Below are positions 12,501 through 24,500 of a stretch of 64,000 bases of DNA, piece after piece. Origin of the DNA: Podarcis pityusensis. Its lineage: Eukaryota. The translations under genes and the position numbers were made by a program. Below the pieces are notes generated by a model. The model saw nothing but the letters and a program-made list of their open reading frames with translations. It made no database searches and was not told where the DNA came from. Location of the stretch: the NCBI GenBank assembly GCA_964106645.2, contig OZ067045.1. One strand, 5' to 3'. Within the stretch, counting starts at the first letter, position 1. Each line of letters starts with the position of its first letter.

Positions 12501-15500
12501 CTCAAATTCCTGGAAAAAAAGAAGAAGAAAAGATGAATGACTTGGTAATCACATGATTTAACTTTTAACTGAAACTCTGCAACATACTTACAGTGGCCAG
12601 CCTCTTGTCCATTTCAGGGCCTGCTTTTTCTACAGCTGTCTTCTGAATGAAGCAGCATGCCAACTCACAGTTATCTTGGGCTAACTGTGCTGCCGCCTGC
12701 TCCATCATCTCCCTCTGCTGTGGTGAGGCTGCCTATTTTAAAAAGCAAGCCATTAAAAAAGGACTATGCCCACAATGGGCAAATACTCATAATGTCAGTT
12801 ACAGATGTTCATAAATATGGCATCGCTTTGCATGGAGTTAGCATAAAGTAAACTATCAAGCAAATTACATGCTTCATTCAAAATCTACATATAAACAAAA
12901 CGGGAAAAATCTGCCAAATAATTAGCATGTGCCCCACATTACATACTTCTAGTGCAATTCTATTTATGTGCTTTTTTCTGAAATAAGTTCCAGGCATAGG
13001 ACTGAACTCACTTATCAATAGGTGCCCTCTAAATGCAGTAATGGGATATTTTCCCTCATTAGTATACACAAATGCAAAAACCAATGTACTGGAACTAATG
13101 GCTTTACTAAACCACAGCAAAAGATCTTTAGTAAAAGATCCTTCAGTAACCGGCTGCTCTTATTTCTTCTTGTTTCTTCTACAAATCAGGAAAAATTATC
13201 TTGATTAATGCTGTCTGACAAATCAACAGAATTCTTATCTGCTAATGGCAAGACTCTCGTAAAGCCATTACTCATACCATTCCTTAGTGCTGCAAGGTTT
13301 TATTCAGCCTCAATATCAAAACGGGCATTCTCATGCTGTTATAATGCCAAGAAAAGTGAACACAAGAAGATTCACTCCATGAAGAACTAGCGCAGTTACA
13401 GCTGCAAGGCTGTGTGTGTTCGTTGTAAACTTCACTTGCTTCCATAGCCTTTATTTGCAAGTTGTTGCTGCATCAACCATGGGCCACATAGCAAGTGTTC
13501 AGGAAATCAAGCAGAATTGTTTCACAGATGAACTAAAGCAAATGCTAAAGTCTACTTATTGGTCACAAGTCTAAACTACAGTTTAACAAAATGTGAATGA
13601 GCCTGCTAGCCGTGCCCTTGTCCCATCACTCCTCCCCTCCTCTTGCATGGCTGAAAAGAAGTGCAAAAGTTTTCACTTCCTTTTTTAGTTGATCACAGGT
13701 TCCTGTTTCATCTGAACCTGGAATTGTGGTTTAACACTAACGATGGTTAGTTTAATAACAAGCCAGCTGCAAAAACAATATCCACTGACAATATCCCTAT
13801 CCACTGTTATTTTATAGAACAATGGATCCCCCCCCCCCCCCGCGTGGGAAAAATACAGCAGAAGTTCTCCACAGCACGTCACTGAAAAAGCAAAGGTAAA
13901 GAACAACAAAGAAGACAACTTGAGACTGGATTTAACAATGGGTTATTAATTTCAATCAATGGGAAATGGTAATGGATGAGACGTGGTCTTCAGAAATCTT
14001 CAATGCACAATTCATAGCTCAGGATGCAAACAACAGCTGCTGAGGGGAGGCAATAATTATCAGGACTGCAGAAGGCAGAAGGTGCGTGCGTGAATCCTTT
14101 CCTTCCCAGCGGACAAAACAATTCTCTTTTAATCCCATTTGCATTTTTAAAAACATGTAGGTTAAATGCAGACACATCTCACTTCAAATCTAGTTTGGTC
14201 CGCACTCTCATCACCTTTCTATACTATTGAATCTGAGCAGGGCATTAAGATACATCATGAAACTAACTCCTACCTGTAGAGAAACAGAGTACTGACAAAT
14301 CTTGCTAGAATGCAATGCCACAAAACATGGGTTTAACTTATTCTGCTTCAAAGAAAAGTCTCTTATAAACTGCAAACATACCCGCAATGCAGTGGCAAAG
14401 CTGTTCTTCAGGTTGGTAGCTATGCTCATCAACAAAGGCTCCCTACAGGTGATCATAGCCATACCAGCAGTCAAATTCCTCATCATGTGATGTGCCGCTA
14501 CACGCATGCGTGACTCTTCTGAATCTAGTGCAAAATCCTTCCTCACTATCTGCTCACACGTAGTCATGGCAATTTTAATGGACCGATCCACCACAGGATG
14601 TACAAGTTCTTGGACTGCACGCTCTATGGCTTGGCGCACACACTGCTTCAACTGTGGATGGGCCTGGAACAATGGAATCTGAGAAGGCAAAGCAACCAAG
14701 AGTCAGTGTCAACTTTTTATACACCATTGAAAGAAAGCATAAAATTATCATTTCCAACCTAAAGGTGGAAAGTGACCAGGTCTAAGAACTTACCGTTGGA
14801 TTGAGCGTAATATGTGGAGCTAGCCCTCCCAGGGAGTAAACATTGATGTCATGGTAACTGTACTGTGGCTGTGGGGGAACAGTAGCTGTGCAAGTGGTGC
14901 TGGTAGCTGGTGTTGTAGAAGCAGCTGAGAAAATACAAGAGCAAAAAAGAGAAAAGTTTTCAGAGTATGTCCTAACATAGATTCAATACCACAAACTTGT
15001 TTTATAGGAAACAAAAGAATTTTGGAAACCAATATGACAGTGTTTGCTCAGGTATACAGTCATGCTGATAAGTCCGACAACGCTATTTTTGAGATCAGAG
15101 ATGTCACTTGAAAAGCAATCTGGAATTAGGTGAACTGCTCAGGTAGAATGAGTACTAGAATTTACTGTAGTATTCCTATTACCAGGACGTGGGAGGGTAT
15201 CTTGTGAAAGGTTACTCTACCCAGGCCTAAACTGAATTCCCTGTCTCCAGGTTTGCTAAAACAGTTGTAGTGGTAATAATATTAAGAGTAAGAGAGAACA
15301 GATAATAGAAAGAAGATTCCTTACTAACTGCCCTGTGAGGTGCAGGCTATATTTGTATGATACAAGGATGACTGTATGAATCATCCTTGACACTTACTAG
15401 TGGTCGTAATTGGTGGAAGCTCTTCTGGTTGTTTTACATCTTTCTTTGGAGCAGACAGCTGTTCATCCAAACTTTTCAATCGATCTTTGTCTTTTAGGAG

Positions 15501-18500
15501 GTTCCCAGGTTTCAGTTCACTGATGTCAAGGGCAAGGTTCTTGCAGAGCACTTCAATTTCAAACTTCAGATTCAGCTGTACAATATTTAATGATTTCAGG
15601 TTTAATAATGTAATTATTAGTTATGTATACCTGCTATATAAATCTTAAGAAGTTCTGAAGAGCTACATGCTTCAAGGCAAATATTTTGAATGAGGTGAAA
15701 ACCATTGGAACATGTGTAATTTTCTGGAAAAAGTCTACTCTCATTAAACTGGCTACAGCTCACTAGCTAAGCTCAAATCTTCAAACAGATGCATTGTAAC
15801 AAGTTGTTCAAAAACAAATGCTGAGGAGCTCAAAGCAGCAAACTGAAACTTACTTTTAAGTCATGTTCCTGGTGCAGCTCTGCTAGTACATTCATAATAG
15901 CCATGGTCCAAGGATTTGGAGGCCGGAAAACCTACAAAAAGAGTGGAATGATAAAGTTAACAGTCCTGTTTCAAAAAGGGGGCTAGAACATCATTTAAAT
16001 GGTGTTAGCAAAACAATGGAAACACGAGGCTGTAAACTTTAAGCCAAGGAGGAGAACCCAGTGGCCCCCAGATGCCGATGGCTGCCAGCTATCATCAACA
16101 CTAACCACAGGGTCCCACCTCTGCTTTGAACTAACACACATGACACAAAATATATGCAAGAGTCTGGAAGTGTCATCACCTCTGTCCACCTACTTCCCTG
16201 CCCATGCCTGCCAGTCAAGAAGTAGCAAAAACAAAAACCCCTGTCCCCAGTACTAAACTAAGATTCATCTGAAAGTCCAGTTGTATTCTCTCTGTTCAAA
16301 GGGAGGAGCACTGTCCTGTGCTTTGGCTTAGGCTGCCAAGGGTCTTGGACTAATCCCATCTACTTGTTTGTCACAGGACACTGTACATCATACTTACCAC
16401 ACTTCTCACACTGGATTCCAAAACTTTGGCAACAAATGGCACGACATACAGAAGTTCTTGCTGTCCCTTAACATAAGCCTCCAGCAGTAAGGATTTCACA
16501 TCCAAGTCCTAAAATAAAAGGAGTATAAATTAAACCCAGCAGTGGGCAGTGTCACACCCACAAATCAGATTCCTTTCTTTTGTAAATTTTCTACATAGCT
16601 TTCCCCCCTAATTATAAAAAGGCACCAAAAATTGAGCTGATATAAGCATGCACTAAAGTTTCTAGCCTTAAAGCCAGTTTATGTTTTTCTCCTCCACCCA
16701 GTCTCACCGTGTGCAAGATGGGTTTGTTTTTAGCCAGTGTGATCATCCCCAGCCAGTGACCCAGGTTCTTCAGCAAGGACCGGTCTGAAAAGTTGGCAGC
16801 AGCTTTATCTGATGTGAGTAGCACCTGAAGGATTTTTGTTCCAGAGAGATGAAATCATAGTTAACAGGAAACCATGGTAAATCCATGAAAGTGCATTAAC
16901 CATCTTCTTATAGAATTAGACTGTTATTTCAAACAACAAATTTTAAATGGTCAACCAAATACAGCCTATAGCTATAAAGCAGGAAAAGAGAAGGAAAGAA
17001 GTAAATAAACAATCTCAGAAATATATTAAAACATATGTGATAAAATGCTTATAATATAGCATGTATATGTTATTATTAAATTAGTTTATAGACTGCTTCA
17101 AGGCATAAAGTCATCAAAGCAGTACACAAGGTAAAAACAGAATAAAACAAAACATGAACTCTAAAAGCAGAAAAATCAATTTAACCAACTGAAAACAGCA
17201 AAATGATGTGGAGTACTTTCCTCTCTGTGATCTTGCTCAGGAGATCACTTCTCCTAGAAAGGCAATCTCCTTATTTGGGAGCTAATTGTTTGGGTCCCTG
17301 AAGGACAACTGGAAACAATGCTCCAGGGCCCATCTGTAGCACAGAAACAGCAATCAAGGTAGTCCACCAACACATTACTTTGATGATCAAGTTCAATTAA
17401 TTTTCAAAATAGCAGCATCTAGCTCTGTTCATTGTTTTATTGCAGCAGCATAATCTTATGAAGGTGGTGGTTCATAAGTTGTTTTTTTGTTTTTTTGTGT
17501 TTTTGTTTTTTTGCTTTGCGGTGCCTCCCTGAAAGCAAATATTTTTCAGTTGCAAAAAAAAGCAACTGGGAACACTCACCTTGATATTTCTGTAGGTTTC
17601 GTTGAGAACCATTTTGTTGAATTCTGGATTCTTAAGTGTGTCAAGGAAATTTGAATAAAGGCTGTGGAAGTTTGGCTCAATACTAACTCTCTTCATCACA
17701 AGGTACTGTGAAACCCAAGGCATGAACTCCTCTTTCACCGTTTCTTTCAGTTCCTCAACCTGGCTCCATAAACACGTTAAAGGGAAATGGATCAATGAAA
17801 CATAATGTTTGTGAAACTTACAGGCATTCGTTCCAGTGAAAACATTCAGTTACCAAGACTTGGAAACTAACTAGCACCACATCACTAATTGATTCGCTTA
17901 CTTCAATTAACCATTTATTTCCTACTGTAAAGCCATTTATTTCTTCCTCTCCTGCTAACTCATCATGAACAATGCTATGTGGACTCTGAGCTAGAAATAT
18001 TATAAGCCAAGAAAATCAGAATTCAGAGATCTCTAGAAATCATGCAAATAAAATAGATTTGCATAATACTTCTCTTGATAAATAATAATGATTTTATTAT
18101 TTATATCCCACCCATCTGGTTGGGTTTCCCCAGCTACTCTGGGCGGCTTACAGCATATATTAAAATATTGTAAGGAGTGCCAAAGCGTTATTTTGCTAGG
18201 CTTCTTCCACGGTTGGAAGCCATAAATGAAAAGAAACTTACATCAAGTAAAAAATGATTAAGGTAAGCAGAGTCTGGCACCCAACATCACTTTTTATGTT
18301 CAGTTAGGAGTATGGAGAGCCAATTATGCAATACAGAGACCTGATAGAATAAATGTGTGCACAATGCCTCTTTCCCGTTAAGTGGTATCAGTTGCAGATG
18401 ATAAAATGTCCATGCAGAAATCTGGCAGCAGATAAGGTTTAAAGTTTTTGACCTTTTGGTAGACAAATCTGATCACATTTTCCCAATATATGAGCAGCTA

Positions 18501-21500
18501 AAGGACTACCAAAGGCACAAAAGACTATCCCAAAATAATTTTAGATTTTACTTATTATATGTTAATGCATTATATTTATTTTATGTTTACAATTCTAAAA
18601 TTTTGGAAGGCTGCTAAATAAAAGAACCTTTGGCATGCATACATAGGCATAATTCTAGTTAGTTCTCTACATGTACAAGAATCACTCAAGGAACATAAAT
18701 TATCAGGACTAAAATGTTGTGCGACACTTGCCTTCTGAGTCATGTTGGATTGCGACAGGTTGTTGAAGATAAAAGCAATCTTTTCCTGCACGTTTTCAGG
18801 GGGTTCAACAATTCTCTCTGTTTGATCTGTGGCTACTAACAGGGTGTCAATGTTGGTTGTATTAATAGAAGGCTGCAGAACAAGAAAAATGATTTGAGGA
18901 AGTGAGTTGATTAATTTAATGATACAACAGACCATCATGGAGTTATGCTATAGCATAAACAATATTTCACAATACAGTTACAAAAGGGAGACAACATTGT
19001 ACATGCAAAAAGGAGTGTACATTTAGTTTATTTGTTAGTGAATGATAGGAGTTAACTTAAGCTTGGGAATCTATAAGACACGAGGAGTAAGATTTTTGCT
19101 CACATGGGCAACAGAATAGTGAAAGAAAAAATGACTTCATTAAACAGAGTGGAAATTCATGGTACAAGAAACAACAGCCAGAAACGGAAACCCAAAAGGA
19201 TTCCTTAGTTGAAACTGGCCCATTGAGAACAGTTTGGAAGAACTAAAAGTGAGAACAGAAAGCAGGAGAAGCAGCTAACACCAACACAGGGAAGGAAACA
19301 ACTGCTTGATATTTAATAGCAAAACAACAGTAAAAACAAAAATGGCTAGGTAATTATCCAGACTAAACATACAAGAAAAACAAATCCTTTTTATGAGAGT
19401 GTAACTGTGGTTAAAGTATCAGAGGTTTTGCATGTGATATGTGTATGCTATGAACATTAGATGGGGTTTATCTTCTTTGTTTTACTCCTAAGAACTGATG
19501 CATGCGTAATCTCAGTCTACTTCCCGTAAAATGGCTCGTGTACTTACTGGCACATCCTTCTTGAAGCTGACTCGACCCACTGGAGTGATTGTAGTCTTTG
19601 CCACAGTAGTAGTGGTAGTAGAGGTGGTGACTATAGTGCTAACTTGACCAGCAAGAGGAGTTTTTGCCGGAACCTGAGCCTGGGCCTGGGCCTGGGCAAG
19701 TGCAATACTTCCAGGGGTGGTGATTGACCCCTGCATCTTCACAGGAGGATCTCTAGACTGCTGTCCATATTCAATGTACTATAACAGACAAGAAGTATAT
19801 AGCTCTTAAAACTCACATACAACCACAGGTATGTAACAAATCTTACAACTGCCTTCTAGAACTACTCCCCAAACTCTTGGCCTTGAAGTTTGTGGCACAA
19901 ATGAAACTCCATAAATGGCCTGAAATCAGCAACAAAAGACGTTTTACATATTTTAGAAGTTTCCTTTTTGTCTTGGATCAATTAGCAATTCCAATGTTAA
20001 CCCTGGATTTTCCACTCCATCCTATTTCTCCTATTCTGTGGGAGCAGAAGTAGCAGGAACTAGATCCAAGATGTGCCCTGATTCTGCAAGGGAGGGTAAG
20101 CCTTCCTTGCAGACTTCAATGAGAGCAAAAAGTAGTAAACAGTGAAGTAATCCAGGGGTAGAAATATTCCAAATCCTATAGTCTAGATAAGGACAACAAA
20201 TTTCCTGCAACCACTGATGAAGCCCATTTCCACAGATGACACACGATGTTACAACTAAGAGACTAATGCTGTCTTTTCTGAAGCAAAGGTGTAAGAACTA
20301 CAATTGGTAAGACTTTCAGTGTTATTAATCACATGTAAATACTCAATACTGCATATAAAATATAGAAATCCCCACTGATTGGTGTGTTACTAACGGAGAG
20401 ATCCTAAACCAACATTGCTTTTAGTGTTTGGACTACAGCCTTTGGATCAGACCTTCAGAATCCTAATTCCACTGTCCCTGGTTTTGTTTGCTTTCAGAAG
20501 GTCTGGGCAGACAGACTGCTGTGCCTAGCGGTATGGATTTATTTGCTAGGAAAGACCATGCACAACCCAACCATATAAGAAGCTGCTTGGCAAGGATTAA
20601 AGTAATTGTCAAATGAACACTTCCAGTGGCAAAGGGCTACAGGTCTCCTTGAAAGGAGGTGTACAAAAAAGCGGACATGCATTAAGATTAACCTGTTTCT
20701 CTCCTCTCAGATGCACGGGCTACTCACACTCAAGTTTTCCAGATCCTTTTGTACCTTTTACTGAATGGACCCTGAAGCATGAAACTAATGGAACGCTGAG
20801 GTTTTTCAATATACAAATACACCTAACTCAATTCAGATGTCCTCCCCCACCCGTCACTGTCCATGCCTTTAACACTCACCTCCTGCAGGTGATGAGGGAA
20901 CTGTATAAAGTGACTAATAGAAGCCAAGTGCTGACAATACTGGGGATAGTCCTTCAATCTGTCAACAGTAAAACTATCCATTAGTAGGAGAAAACAAATG
21001 GCCTGATCAATACATTAATAGTTAAATCTTTGGCTTAACTGATACTGGATCTGCAGTGAAGATTTCTGGTTCTACCAGTTGCAAACTAGTTAGCAAAAGT
21101 ATGAATGCTATTGATGCAGCCAGTGATTCCAATTATATGCTGCCAAGGCATAAGCACAAGGACACAAGAAGAACCTGCTGAATTAGGACAAAGGCCCATC
21201 TAGTCAAGAACTCTTGTTTTCATAGTGACCATCTAGATGCCCATGGGAAGCCCACAAGCAATACCTGAGAACAACAGCACTCACTCCACATGCAGTTCCC
21301 AGCAACTTGTATTCAGAGGCACACTGTCTCCAAAAATGGAGGCAGAACATAGCCATCGTGGTACCTAGGAGCTATTGGTGGCTTTCTCCTCCAAGAATAC
21401 TGCATATTGCAAAGGGGCCAACCTACCAAACAGTAAGACTTAGATCCATATTTATGGGCCACCCCCACAGATTGGGTTTTTAGAAAAGGGTAGCTAAGAG

Positions 21501-24500
21501 CACAATCAATTTGTCAATATAGCTCTCATAGTTCCCAATAACATCTTTGGAAGAACCACAGCAGTCTTCTCAAGTGACATATGGCAGACAAATGCCTCTT
21601 TACTACATACACAGCTTGTTGTTGCTCCCCTCTAACCCCCTCTAGAATTCCCTACCCTGTTGACCCTCTTTCTTCTGCAGCTCTCCCCACAACATTCTCA
21701 ATGCAGAAACAGTTTTTAATGCAGAACATTCTGCAATTTAAGGCTAACATAGGTACAGAATCCAATTTGCAAAATTCAGCCATAAAAATGATTTGATAAC
21801 TAAATAAGTCAAGAAATCTCAGTCTTGCTTGTTAAATACATGAAGGCTAACTTCAATTTCAGAACTAGATGTTTGTTAGAACACCTGTCTGCTTAAATGT
21901 ACTTTAAAGATAGGAATCCTTATGCTCTCTCATTTTATCAGCTAGATAGCTGTAAAACTATGACAGCTCTTTGAATGAAAATTTCTATTGAACAAGAAAC
22001 CAATTCAAATATACAGCACTGAAAGGAAGAACAGTACAGAGCAATAATGGATAAAAATTACAAAGTTTCTCAGTAGGGATATTAAACAAAACCCCAAGTT
22101 GCACTGATGTTCCAAAGATGTACTAAAGTTCTGCGAATCTCAAGCTTTCATTAAAAACTTGTAGTAGTTATGGTTTCAGAAATTATCCTGAACATGACAA
22201 GTTTTCCCAAAGGGGTATGAAGCTATGTATCTTGCTCCAAAGATGCAGGAGATAAGGAACAATATGCAAACTCTCTGAAACAGATAGAAGGGTGCAGAAT
22301 CACAGAGTGCTTGCCACAGGATTCACAGGGGTGGCATGGAGGAGTACACAGAGGTAGTGTGAAAGGAAGAGGAGAGGAAACTGACTACTGGGATGTGGAA
22401 TGGTCACACTGCTGTGGGGGGAGGAGAAATGGACTGAGACTGGTTTCTACTGTGCAACAAAGAAGTAGCTACTTACCAGCACTTTTGACATGTTGGCATC
22501 TGGTAAGTGAGGCCCCCACTAGTTGTTTCTAGAGGGCCATGAATACTGCCTTGCAAAATGGATGAAAGTTAAGCTTTCCATCGTAACAAATCTTGGGAAA
22601 GTGACCTTGCATGACCCAGATGTATAAAGTACAATCCAGTCAAAGTTATTTCAGTGGGAAAGAGGCTCCTCCCATTAATACCAATGAGACAAAAATGGGC
22701 TCGACTTTAGCTGGATTGCTCCTAGTTTTTGTAAGTCTACAAGGCAGCTTCACTTCCAGTAACACTGATTTGCTTTCTCCTCCCCCCCCCCATAGCAATA
22801 TTAATATATATGCCACCTGATACTTTCAAAGCCATTTTAAGGCAATTTCTATTCAGATTCAGACTATAAGTAATTTACTTCCTTTTCATTTATTTTAAAT
22901 CTGCATTCCCTTTATTAGCCAAAGGTTCTATTTAATTTATGCCTCTACTGTGAGACATGTTCAATAACTGCAATATACTGTCAACCTTGTATTGGAAAGC
23001 TAAATATATTGCTGAAGTAGGCATATAGTTATGAGATTCCCCCATGCATTTTGGAAATATTATAAAAACACACTCACCTATTTTTAAATCTATCTAGTGC
23101 AGCAATACCAAAATAGTACATTTTGGATGTAAAAGGCTTTCGTAAGGCTTCAAGAACATAGCGCAAGGCCAGGCCCAGCGCCATATATGTAACCAGTCCT
23201 TTCTCTATTATCCCACCAAAGAGGCAGGCTGTTATGTGCAGCTCTTTATCGGGGTACTGGGGGAAAAACCGATATTCCTCAAACAAGTTCCTCAGCATAC
23301 AGTTAAATACTTCGCGTTCTCGTTTAATGTTGGAGTCCTTAAACCTCTGTAGCATTTCTAACACCTGTAAAGAAATCAGAATGTTATGAAGAGACTCAAT
23401 TTATTATGCTTAGCCCTTGGAGCACCTACACAAAGTAAAGTTCGCTGAGAAAACCAGGAAAAATTTTGCTAGGGAAAATCTCACATGTATTATTTATTTC
23501 TATTCTGCTTACTTGCCAAAAGGGTTTCTCCAGTTAACATGCTTGAATCAGAACGCTAAGAACAAATAATACTTGCTACATGCAGCTGGCCTCATTCACT
23601 GAAGTTTATGTCATTATGCTGGGTTTTGCACGTTTATATTTTGATGACTGTAACACCGTAAGCACAAAACATTAAATAGTGTGTCCTAATATTGCCTAAA
23701 ATGTGGTCAGAAACACATTCTAAAAGGGGAGACTCTAATTTAATCCAATTTAGTGGGCTGGGTCACCCAGACATTTAAGGCTCAGCAACTGCAGCTTTCT
23801 TTGCTAAGTAGCACTTTGTTGATTTAGGAACAACCCCCTCCCCCTCAGGAGAAGTGTTCACCCAACAGATGCACAAATCAAAGTGAAGTATAACTTTTCC
23901 CCACTGTGACATATAACAAGCAGACAAAACTTACAGAATAGTTATCTTTCCACTGGACCCAACTTAAAACATCCAATTTCACTTGCACAAAAGTTGTCTG
24001 CAACTGTATGGACATACATTTTGGAATTTTACAATTTAAATTTCCCTTAAACTGCAACCAAACAAAAAGCAATGTTGCAAGTACCTACTTTCTCAAATTT
24101 TCCATAAGACTGAAAAGAAAGTCTACAGTAAGGAAGAAGGGCAAGTTGAGAGAGATGCCATTACTACCCACAGCTCACCTCGTCTACAGACATAGTTGGA
24201 TGCGGTGGATGATTATAAATACGCTGAAAATAGCTGTTGGCTTCATCATCAATCTCTTTGCTAAAGTGCTGATTTGCCTCTGGCCATACCTGAGATAAGT
24301 CAGCTGTTGAAAAAAGTAGATACTAATTAAATAAATACACAAAATGGAGGGGAAATATATTAATTTCATAATCACAGATCCAAGGGAACAGAAGCAGTTT
24401 GGAATATTTCAGTAGATTTCATGATGATGCAGTCTCACTCATATTATGAGCTCAAAGAGGTTGCTTTCCTGTCACTGTAGTTCTTTGAGCGGTCCTCCCT

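Noticed and set aside
20640-20775. Long imperfect inverted repeat in intron 22
   Set aside because: No snoRNA boxes; looks like a decayed palindromic MITE.
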